Shown here in pieces: positions 46,915 to 54,541 of a stretch of 64,000 bases of DNA. The DNA is from Clostridiales bacterium. Lineage in GTDB: Bacteria > Bacillota > Clostridia > Oscillospirales > CAG-272. The notes under the pieces are model-generated. The model saw only the letters and a program-made list of their open reading frames with translations, did no database searches and was not told the DNA's origin. The stretch is from contig JAAVYP010000007.1 of assembly GCA_022791195.1 (NCBI GenBank), positions 2,215 through 66,214 on the forward strand, in the 5' to 3' direction. The position numbers and the translations under genes are program-made. Position 1 is the first letter of the stretch, and every line of letters begins with the position of its first letter.

Positions 46915-46944
46915 ATGATACCATATATTGTGATGACATGTCAA
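46915..46944 (-). promoter_or_regulatory. sigA promoter of the xpt-BMP ABC operon
   Basis: The minus strand reads TTGACA (46944..46939), an 18-nt spacer, then TATCAT (46920..46915). The leader to the xpt ATG is only ~25 nt. Confidence 0.6.
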
Positions 46945-47023
46945 TGGAAAATCAAAATAATTGTCATATTTTGCTCATGAAGTTCTTATCAACTCTTTTA
47001 AAACAAAACAAAATGTGATAACA

Positions 47024-47053
47024 AAGAAAAAATCTCCCCTAAAAAGGGAGATT
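47024..47053 (-). terminator. intrinsic terminator directly after the hydro-lyase alpha gene
   Basis: The minus strand reads AATCTCCC tttttag GGGAGATT followed by TTTTC, 30 nt after the stop at 47083. Confidence 0.8.
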
Positions 47054-47082
47054 CAAAATCGGACAAACGGCCAAAAAGGCTC

Positions 47083-47928
47083 TTATAGTATTGCTTCTGC
47101 ATGACGCATGACATGGCAATTAATATTGACCGCCACCGGCAGACCGGCAATGTGCGTGGGATGCCATTCTACATTCACCGCCAAGGCCGTTGTATCGCCG
47201 CCGAATCCCTGCGGCCCAACGCCAAGCTGATTGACACGGGTAAGCAGTTCCTCTTCAAGTGCTTTATACGCAGGTGAAGTATTTCGCTCGCTCACCGGCC
47301 GTGTCAGCGCCTTTTTGGCAAGCAGCGCACAATATTCAAAGGTGCCGCCAATGCCCACGCCAACCAAAAGAGGCGGACAGGGGTTGCCCCCGGCATTTTT
47401 CACGGTATCTAACACAAACTGAATCACATCTTCCCGACTGGCCGACGGAGTAAACATTTTGACCGCGCTCATATTTTCGCTGCCAAAACCTTTGGGGGCT
47501 GCGATTAATTTGATTTTATCACCGGGGACAATTCTGGTGTGAATGATAGCCGGCGTATTGTCATTTGTATTCACCCGGTCAAACAAAGGATCTCTGACTA
47601 CGCTTTTTCGCAGAAAACCTTCGGTATATGCCTGTCTGACCCCTTCGTGAACCGCCTCTTCATATTCGCCGCCCACGATGCAAACCTCCTGACCAATCTC
47701 AGCGAAAAGAACAGCCATGCCGGTATCCTGACAAATAGGAAGCTCCATCTCTTTGGCCGCACATAAGTTTTGACTTAAAGCGGAAAGCACTTCTTTTGCC
47801 AAATCGTTTGTCTCGGTTTGCCTGGCTTCAGCAATCAGTGCTTCGGCATCAGCCGGCAACACATAATTGGCCTGCATAAACAATTTTTTCACTTTATCTG
47901 TAATTTGTTCTGCGCGTATTTCTCTCAT
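47083..47928 (-). CDS. Fe-S hydro-lyase alpha subunit (class I fumarate hydratase / L(+)-tartrate dehydratase alpha type)
   Basis: 281 aa with LPICQDTGMAVLF, the GVGIGGT motif, and ends ...NINCHVMRHAEAIL. No beta-subunit gene follows. Confidence 0.85.
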   Translation of the reverse strand: MREIRAEQITDKVKKLFMQANYVLPADAEALIAEARQTETNDLAKEVLSALSQNLCAAKEMELPICQDTGMAVLFAEIGQEVCIVGGEYEEAVHEGVRQAYTEGFLRKSVVRDPLFDRVNTNDNTPAIIHTRIVPGDKIKLIAAPKGFGSENMSAVKMFTPSASREDVIQFVLDTVKNAGGNPCPPLLVGVGIGGTFEYCALLAKKALTRPVSERNTSPAYKALEEELLTRVNQLGVGPQGFGGDTTALAVNVEWHPTHIAGLPVAVNINCHVMRHAEAIL

Positions 47929-47954
47929 AGCTACTTCCTCGTTTTTATATATCT

Positions 47955-48030
47955 TTCAGCATGCCGTCAAGCCGCCCTTTTCATTGTACAAAATTTCTAA
48001 GACCAAATTGTCAGGCTTGTTATTAATCTC
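47955..48030 (+). repeat. degenerate copy of the module family (starts TTTCAGC, ends with TAAGAC...GGCTTGTTATTA)
   Basis: Shares the 5' TTTCAGC and a decayed version of the TAAGACAAAGCC-loop-GGCTTTTTCTTA hairpin with the array at 48038-48487. Confidence 0.4.
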
Positions 48031-48037
48031 TCTTGCC

Positions 48038-48487
48038 TTTTTAGCTATCTGAAAATTTGACGGTTTTGCCTTTAGGCAGAATGCTGTTTGCCTAAAACAG
48101 CAAGTCAAATTTGCTAAGACAAACCGCCAGGTTTTTCTTATGAGATCATAGAGTTTCAGCTACCTTGAAATGTAACGATGCCGGTTTACCCGGCAGGTCG
48201 TGCCTTCTGCACGGCCAGTTGCATTTCATAAGACAAAGCCGTAAGACTTTTTCTTATGATGTCTTTATCCTTTCAGCTATCTCAAAATTTGGCGGTTCTG
48301 CCCTCAGGCAGAATGCTGTTTGCTTAAAACAGCAAGTCAAATTTGCTAAGACAAACCGCCAGGTTTTTCTTATGAGACATAGAGTTTCAGCTATCTTGAA
48401 ATGTAACGGTGCCGGTTTACCCGGCAGGTCGTGCCTTCTGCACGGCCAGTTACATTTCTTAAGACAAAGCCGCAAGGCTTTTTCTTA
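48038..48487 (+). repeat. tandem array A1-B1-A2-B2: a ~231-bp unit x2, each made of two ~115-nt structured modules (candidate small RNAs)
   Basis: A1 48041-48145, B1 48154-48260, A2 48271-48377, B2 48385-48487. Each module starts T(T/C)AGCTA(T/C)CT, folds as a closing stem around two hairpins, and ends with a TAAGACAAA(G/C)CC-loop-GG(C/T)TTTTTCTTA hairpin. Details are in the findings. Confidence 0.85.
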
Positions 48488-48760
48488 TTTGGTCATATCA
48501 TTATAATAAACAATCTCGGACGGCAAGTGATAGTTCAAGCTCTCTCTGGCAAACTTCATAATATAATTTTCGTCAATAGGCTGCTCAATTTCATCGATTA
48601 ACTCGTCAATATCGTCATTTAACGAATCAATTTCTTCACGAGAGGCAGCAGCTGTCTTTTGCAGTTCGGAAATCTGTAAGTTTAACTGCACCGTAGTCAC
48701 GATGCCTGATAAAAGCAAGACAATCACGGCTATTTTCATAAAAAAATTCCAGTTTTTCAT
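48485..48760 (-). CDS. divIC: septum formation initiator (DivIC/FtsB family)
   Basis: 91 aa with an N-terminal TM segment and a coiled coil (LQISELQKTAAASREEIDSLNDDIDEL). Its position after yabP-yabQ matches B. subtilis. Confidence 0.8.
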   Translation of the reverse strand: MKNWNFFMKIAVIVLLLSGIVTTVQLNLQISELQKTAAASREEIDSLNDDIDELIDEIEQPIDENYIMKFARESLNYHLPSEIVYYNDMTK

Positions 48761-48855
48761 TACGTCCTATTCTACTACTTTCAGCCTTTCAACGCAAGGC
48801 TATCTTATCATTATATCATAAAGTTTTTGTATTAAAATTTCATACGCCGACTGGG

Positions 48856-48901
48856 ACAGCAAGTCAAATTTTCTAAGACAAAGCCATTAGGCTTTTTCTT
48901 A
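48856..48901 (+). repeat. partial fifth copy (3' half of an A-type module) between yabQ and divIC
   Basis: ACAGCAAGTCAAATTTTCTAAGACAAAGCC atta GGCTTTTTCTTA is near-identical to 48330-48372. It ends 2 nt from the yabQ stop codon. Confidence 0.8.
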
Positions 48902-48902
48902 T

Positions 48903-49415
48903 CTATATTGAAAACTTCTCGGTAGATTTGCGGCGTTTGGTCGCTTTTACTTTTTTCGTTCTTTGGCCAATCCTTCTCTTTACAAAACGAAAAGGCGCTG
49001 TAAACATATTTTTAAACATGGCAAACATTCGTCCCAGTGTTTTCCGATAAATAAACACAAGGCCTCTTCTGACTGTAAGCACAAACCGCTCTGCTATCGT
49101 TAAAAGCCGTTTGCCGATCAGCGTGTGATAAACGATAAAGCCCACACCGCAGCCAACTAAACCCAAAAGGCGAATGCGTCCATTGTTGGCACCAAAAAAC
49201 AAAAACACAGCGGCCACCGACGAAAACAGTGCAAAGAACACATCGAAAAAAAATGTAATCAAGTCACACACAATTCGTGATTTTATATCCGATTTGTGAG
49301 ATGGGGTTAGTACAATCCGAACAAAGGACAGCGCCCCCCAGCAAAAGCCGAGGAACACGCCTAAAACCAGAGAATAAGCAATTAATATAAGGACTTTGTG
49401 ATCAGTAATATCCAT
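48903..49415 (-). CDS. yabQ: spore cortex biosynthesis protein YabQ
   Basis: 170-aa multi-TM protein whose start overlaps the yabP stop (TGATG). Conserved yabP-yabQ-divIC synteny. Confidence 0.75.
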   Translation of the reverse strand: MDITDHKVLILIAYSLVLGVFLGFCWGALSFVRIVLTPSHKSDIKSRIVCDLITFFFDVFFALFSSVAAVFLFFGANNGRIRLLGLVGCGVGFIVYHTLIGKRLLTIAERFVLTVRRGLVFIYRKTLGRMFAMFKNMFTAPFRFVKRRIGQRTKKVKATKRRKSTEKFSI

Positions 49416-49690
49416 CAGTTTTTACGAAACAGTCCTTTTCTTTTTGGCTGCTGCGCATACATGAACCCATTGATTTTGCCTTCAAAATCAACCTCTTGGC
49501 GGTCCAAATCAAGTCTTGTAATTCTTAAGTCCTCTCCATCGATGCCAAGGGTGCCCATACTGGTTTTCAGCATGATCCCCTCTTCATCAAAATTCAGTAC
49601 CTCACTGACACCGGTTACCGTCGCAATCTCACGATTTTTGACCGCAATCGCATGCGTTTTTTCGGTCATGGTTTGTTCGTTCATGTGCAT
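49415..49690 (-). CDS. yabP: sporulation protein YabP
   Basis: 91 aa. VTGVSEVLNFDEEGIMLKTSMGTLGIDGEDLRITRLDL matches the YabP family pattern. Confidence 0.85.
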   Translation of the reverse strand: MHMNEQTMTEKTHAIAVKNREIATVTGVSEVLNFDEEGIMLKTSMGTLGIDGEDLRITRLDLDRQEVDFEGKINGFMYAQQPKRKGLFRKN

Positions 49691-49734
49691 ATACCTCCTA
49701 TGGTTGATCCATTTGAATTATATGCGTCTGTCCC

Positions 49735-49977
49735 TCACTCTATAACCTCATACATATCCGAGGCATCATTTTTCTGCACATGCTCACGCACATCCAGCAC
49801 TTTGAATTTGGAGGTTTTAGCCCCCAGTTTAATTTCAATTACGTCGCCTATTTTTACCTGATAGGACGCTTTGGCAGACCGTCCGTTCACCATGATATGC
49901 GAACCGTCACAAGCGTCGTTGGCAACCGTTCTTCGCTTAATAATGCGCGAAACTTTTAAATATTTATCGAGTCTCAT
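49735..49977 (-). CDS. yabO: S4-domain RNA-binding protein (YabO/Hsp15-like)
   Basis: 80 aa. MRLDKYLKVSRIIKRRTVANDAC...VNGR is an S4 domain. Confidence 0.85.
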   Translation of the reverse strand: MRLDKYLKVSRIIKRRTVANDACDGSHIMVNGRSAKASYQVKIGDVIEIKLGAKTSKFKVLDVREHVQKNDASDMYEVIE

Positions 49978-50006
49978 TGTTTTTCCCTTCTATATCATTT
50001 ATCTGA

Positions 50007-51647
50007 TTACATCAGCCTCATCTTGTGCAAAAGGCCTGCAATTTTATTTCCCTTTGGCAGCATCTGGACATCTTCTTGCGAAATTCCTTTACATAATAAT
50101 AGCAAAGCCATGTAAAGAATGCAAGCGACCATAATAGCAGCCAAGGTGGCAACACCGTTGCCGACACGGCCTGATACATCCACAAATCGGCTCACGACAA
50201 AATAAGTACCATAGGCACCGATGCAGCAGGCAAAGCCCGCCGCCAAAGGCTTGAGAAAGGTCTGCACCAATTTTGGCACCACGCCGGTATGTTTAGCAAT
50301 ATAATAAAAATTAATAATCGTTGTCGTCATATAACACAAAAATGTGCCGATCGGGGTTCCATAGATACCAACCGAAGGAATACCAATTAAAATCAAACTG
50401 GAAATAATTTTGACAACGGCGCCTGCCACCATTGATAAAATCGGCAGTTTTTCATGACCAGACGCCTGCAAAACCGCATTGGTAATCGCAATCATGCCCA
50501 CAAAGAAAACCGAAAGGGCTAAGATCGAAAGCAACGGTGCCGCCATTTCAGCCGAATGGGGATTATAGAGTAATTTTAATATCGGTTCGGCCATGACAGA
50601 CAAACCAAGCGCCATAGGAATAATAATGATCGCCGAAATACGAATGGCGCTGTGCATAGTTTTATTGGCTTTCTCCCGCCGACCGTCTGCAAAATAGCCC
50701 GACAAAAGAGGCACCAGTGAATAGGAAATGGGATAAATTAAAACAGGCGGCAAATTAAACATAGGCACCGCAAGAGAGGAATAATTGCCCCATACCGCAT
50801 TGGACATCGCCTGTGAGAGGCCGATCGACTGCAGCCGCCGCATGACGATAGAAAGATCAATCAAATTAGTCAGGCTCATCACCGAAGAGCTTATCGTAAC
50901 CGGAATGGCAATTTTAGCAATGGTAACCGCGATGCGTCCGTTGCTGCGAACCACGCCGCTCTCTTCTGCAGCAACATCTTGATCAAACTGCTCGCTTTTA
51001 AAACGAAGTTTTGCAAAAATAAGATACAGCATGCCGAGGAAAACGGCAATATCAAGGCCAAAGATTGCATAAGAGGAGACCGTAGGCAGTGCTGATTGCT
51101 CGGTAAACCGAGATACTGCATAGGAAGCCAGCAAAATACCGAATATCAATTTTCCGGCTGCTTCGATTAACTGCGAAACCGCCGTAGGCGCCATATACTG
51201 ATATCCTTGGAAGTAACCTCTGATAGCACTGGAAATACAAATAAAAAACAAGGTAGGCGCGATAGCTAAAATGGACAGACGAGCGCCGTCGTTGCCAATA
51301 AGCGAAGCAAAACCGCCGGCCCCTAACATCATAATCGCCGTACCGGCCGCACCAATAAGCAAAAACAGACCTAAGGTCACTTTATAGATTCGTTTTACCT
51401 CTAAACGATTTCCCTTGGCTCTGGCCTCACTGATCATAATGGAAACCGCGACCGGCAAACCAGCTGTGCTGATCATATAAAACCACACGTAAATGGTATA
51501 GGCCGAATTAAAATAGCCCATGCCGCTGTCCCCGATAATATTGGTCAGGGGAATTTTAAACATCAGTCCAATGACTTTAATAATGATGTTGGATATCGAC
51601 AGGATAAACACACCTGATAAAAATAAATTTTTTGCTTTTTTCGCCAT
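50007..51647 (-). CDS. MOP-superfamily flippase, SpoVB/YabM-like (polysaccharide biosynthesis protein)
   Basis: 546 aa with ~14 TM segments. The N-terminus LFLSGVFILSISNIIIKVIGLMFKIPLTNIIGDSGMGYF is typical of SpoVB/MurJ-like proteins. Synteny with yabO-P-Q. Confidence 0.8.
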   Translation of the reverse strand: MAKKAKNLFLSGVFILSISNIIIKVIGLMFKIPLTNIIGDSGMGYFNSAYTIYVWFYMISTAGLPVAVSIMISEARAKGNRLEVKRIYKVTLGLFLLIGAAGTAIMMLGAGGFASLIGNDGARLSILAIAPTLFFICISSAIRGYFQGYQYMAPTAVSQLIEAAGKLIFGILLASYAVSRFTEQSALPTVSSYAIFGLDIAVFLGMLYLIFAKLRFKSEQFDQDVAAEESGVVRSNGRIAVTIAKIAIPVTISSSVMSLTNLIDLSIVMRRLQSIGLSQAMSNAVWGNYSSLAVPMFNLPPVLIYPISYSLVPLLSGYFADGRREKANKTMHSAIRISAIIIIPMALGLSVMAEPILKLLYNPHSAEMAAPLLSILALSVFFVGMIAITNAVLQASGHEKLPILSMVAGAVVKIISSLILIGIPSVGIYGTPIGTFLCYMTTTIINFYYIAKHTGVVPKLVQTFLKPLAAGFACCIGAYGTYFVVSRFVDVSGRVGNGVATLAAIMVACILYMALLLLCKGISQEDVQMLPKGNKIAGLLHKMRLM

Positions 51648-51699
51648 AAAGTAAGATCACGCCTTTCTTCATAATGACCGGCTGTCTGACGCCGCCCTG

Positions 51700-52608
51700 T
51701 TAACCCAAAAATTCTCGGTACATAGAATCTTCCGGCAAATAGCTTCTGCTGATTGGTACAATGTCGGCAAACCGCTCCCGAAAGGCGCAAGCCTGCTTAT
51801 AATGTCGATCCTCGGGCGGCACGGTAGAAAGAATCGCCTCCAGCGGCTCTTTCATCATATTGAGCTCATACGGAATAAATGAATCAATTCTGACATCCGA
51901 TAAATGCGCATAGGGAAGCATATTTTTATCCTCATTTTCTGTGACACTGTCCCACATAAACATAGTAAACTCAGCCTTCGCATTTCGGAAATAATAGTCT
52001 CTCACCATCCGTCTTGCAAAGCGGACATCCCGCCCTGCAAAGATCTCTTTGCCAATCTGAACCGGTCCTTCTACATTGATAAAAATGCTCATAAAGCCAT
52101 ATTCAGAAAGCTTGGCCCGAATCTCCGGATAAATCGCTTGAATCCCTTCAAAGGCGATAATATCATAATCAGAGGGATCGCACTCAATATAGCCGGTCCT
52201 GGTCGCGCTCACAAAATCAAAGACTGGCAGCCGCGCTTTATGCCCGGAAAATAAGCGATTACAGCACTCGCAAAAATAGGCAAAATCAATGGCATCAATA
52301 GAATCAAAATCAATTTTCTCGCCTTTTTTCAGGGCCTCTTCACGACTTGTGATGCGAGAGAGAAAAAAATCGTCTATCGAGATAATTTTGATGCTCTTCC
52401 CCGCTTCGCTCACATCGCGAACCAGCTTTTTAACGACAGTTGTCTTGCAGGAGCATGACGGCCCTGACAAGGTTACGATTCTTACCCCCTGCCGGTTGAT
52501 AATTTGCTGCGAAATATAGCGCAGCTTTTGCTCAAACGCCTTCTCACAATCGCCAATATATTTTATTTTATCCGCTTCGCTTAAAAACTGATTGCGCAGT
52601 ATGATCAT
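51700..52608 (-). CDS. uridine-kinase-like P-loop protein with a non-canonical Walker A (GPSCSCKT)
   Basis: 302 aa. VTLSGPSCSCKTTVVKKL then IISIDDFF resembles the Udk/PRK family. Confidence 0.6.
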   Translation of the reverse strand: MIILRNQFLSEADKIKYIGDCEKAFEQKLRYISQQIINRQGVRIVTLSGPSCSCKTTVVKKLVRDVSEAGKSIKIISIDDFFLSRITSREEALKKGEKIDFDSIDAIDFAYFCECCNRLFSGHKARLPVFDFVSATRTGYIECDPSDYDIIAFEGIQAIYPEIRAKLSEYGFMSIFINVEGPVQIGKEIFAGRDVRFARRMVRDYYFRNAKAEFTMFMWDSVTENEDKNMLPYAHLSDVRIDSFIPYELNMMKEPLEAILSTVPPEDRHYKQACAFRERFADIVPISRSYLPEDSMYREFLG

Positions 52609-52613
52609 TCAGC

Positions 52614-54074
52614 TCACCCATTCTCTGTGAAAAATTCTTCTATTTTCTGGTAATAACCGGTTATTGCCTCTTCGCTCATTGCCAGATACTCATATGGATA
52701 TTTAGGCATAAACGCCCGTTTGATTTTGCCGCCGCCCACCATTTTGGTAGAAGCGCCGGCGCCAATCGCAAATATACTGTGCACTTCTTCGATGATAAAG
52801 ATATTATATAACCCTTCGGCACCAGGCAGTGAAAAGCCTACATTTTCAAGATTGCCCATAGAATTTTTCTGCCGGTAGATATAATAGGGGATATAACCGG
52901 CCGCTTTGCTCTTCAGTTGTGTATAGTCCACACTCTTGAACGTATCGCCGCCTGTTCTGGAATAAATATCCGCATTGGAATGCAGTATATCCGCCGCTTT
53001 TTTCACGCAAAACGTATGGTAGGTAATATTATCCGGATGAAGTGCCAACACGGCGTCAACTGATTTGGCAAAGGTACGGAAGCCCTCGCCCGGCAGTCCG
53101 GCAATTAAATCGGTATTAATATATTTTACGCCCGAACTTCGTGCAATATCATAAGCCCGGTAAAAATCTTCAACTGTATGGCAACGACCTATGCGTTCTA
53201 AGACTGCCTCATTAAACGTCTGCGGATTAATACTCACACGGGTTACGCCATGTGCCAGCAGCACGCTCATTTTTTCTGCCGTCACCGTATCCGGCCGGCC
53301 GGCCTCTACAGTGTATTCTAACAGCTCGCCGGCATCAACATTCCGCTCCACTGCATCAAGCAGCACTGACAGCTCTGCGGCACTAAGCGTAGTGGGCGTT
53401 CCGCCGCCAATATACACCGTGACCACTTTTTTGCCCAGTTTTTTGATCATGGCAAAGGTGTCATTAATATCCCGCACCAATCTTTCAAGATAATCGGGAA
53501 TCATGGAAAGCAGGCGCTTGGTCGAGTAAGAAACAAACGAGCAGTACGCACAGCGGGTTGGACAAAACGGAATCGAAATATAGACGCTGCAGCTATGATC
53601 CGGGAGCGAAGCGATAATATTCTGTTCATTAACCGCGATATTGGTAAGCAGGGCCGCTTTTTTAGGGATTAAAAAATACTCGCCTCGCAGTCTGCGCCGC
53701 ACAGTGACTGCATCACATCCCTCGGCCAGCATATCAGAGGCAATTTTCGCGGGACGTATGCCGGTTAAAAAACCCCACGCCGGCTGATAGCCGCAAAGCC
53801 GGCGGCCAGCCTCCAGCACGGCTTCGCCCACTGCCTTTTTGTTGGCCATTTGCACGGTCAGTTTGCGCTCGCCCGAGCCGGAAGCACGCTGCTCGCCGAT
53901 TCTCATAACAGCTTTTGCCCGTACCCACTCGCCCTCTTCTTCAACCACAAGTTCTAAGACCGGCGTTTCGTCTGTATACGCTTCATCTTTAGCAAACTTA
54001 GAGCCTGGAAAGAAAATAAGACATAAATTTTCCACATAATTTCGATTTGTATTTCCTGTAATCGTAACAATCAT
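52614..54074 (-). CDS. hemZ: radical SAM coproporphyrinogen-dehydrogenase-like protein HemZ
   Basis: 486 aa with the CPTRCAYCSF radical-SAM cluster motif and a long HemZ-type N-terminal extension. Confidence 0.8.
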   Translation of the reverse strand: MIVTITGNTNRNYVENLCLIFFPGSKFAKDEAYTDETPVLELVVEEEGEWVRAKAVMRIGEQRASGSGERKLTVQMANKKAVGEAVLEAGRRLCGYQPAWGFLTGIRPAKIASDMLAEGCDAVTVRRRLRGEYFLIPKKAALLTNIAVNEQNIIASLPDHSCSVYISIPFCPTRCAYCSFVSYSTKRLLSMIPDYLERLVRDINDTFAMIKKLGKKVVTVYIGGGTPTTLSAAELSVLLDAVERNVDAGELLEYTVEAGRPDTVTAEKMSVLLAHGVTRVSINPQTFNEAVLERIGRCHTVEDFYRAYDIARSSGVKYINTDLIAGLPGEGFRTFAKSVDAVLALHPDNITYHTFCVKKAADILHSNADIYSRTGGDTFKSVDYTQLKSKAAGYIPYYIYRQKNSMGNLENVGFSLPGAEGLYNIFIIEEVHSIFAIGAGASTKMVGGGKIKRAFMPKYPYEYLAMSEEAITGYYQKIEEFFTENG

Positions 54075-54085
54075 AATTTTCTACT

Positions 54086-54541
54086 TCATTTTTTTAAATT
54101 TTCACTGTCCATAACAATCGTTACAGGACCGTCGTTCACTAAGGCCACCTGCATATCGGCCCCAAATTCGCCGCACTGCACCCGGCCGTCCAAAAGCAAA
54201 GACAAGCGCTCGGCAAACGACTGATAAAGCGCCTTTGCCGCAGCCGGTTTTTCCGCATTTAAAAAATCCGGCCGGTTGCCGTGGCGATAATCGGCCAGCA
54301 GCGTAAAGTTTGATATCACGAGGCAAGCACCGCCAATATCGCTCACCGAACGATTCATTTTTCCGGCTTCATCTTCAAAAATGCGCAGCTTGGCAATCTT
54401 GGCGCAAAGCACATCCACATCCTGCGCGGTGTCCCCTGCCTTCACGCCTAAAAGAATCAACAATCCCTGTCCGATTTCACCGATACATTCTTCTCCAACC
54501 GTCACCGACGCTTGTTTCACACGCTGTAACACCGCAATCAT
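54086..54541 (-). CDS. dtd: D-aminoacyl-tRNA deacylase
   Basis: 151 aa with MIAVLQRV..., SNFTL and the NDGPVT motif. Confidence 0.92.
   Translation of the reverse strand: MIAVLQRVKQASVTVGEECIGEIGQGLLILLGVKAGDTAQDVDVLCAKIAKLRIFEDEAGKMNRSVSDIGGACLVISNFTLLADYRHGNRPDFLNAEKPAAAKALYQSFAERLSLLLDGRVQCGEFGADMQVALVNDGPVTIVMDSENLKK

Noticed and set aside
48038-48487. Possible CRISPR array or integron attC sites in the repeat region
   Set aside because: There are only two ~231-bp units with no short repeat / unique spacer alternation and no cas genes. The B-module stem ends (ATGTAAC...GTTACAT) miss the attC core consensus (RYYYAAC/GTTRRRY) at one position each. No cassette ORFs or integrase are present.
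48165-48506. 113-aa plus-strand ORF and 73-aa minus-strand ORF (48254-48475) lying inside the tandem repeat array
   Set aside because: Both are made of the duplicated ~231-bp unit, have no RBS, and cover the conserved hairpins. They are far better explained as non-coding repeat sequence.
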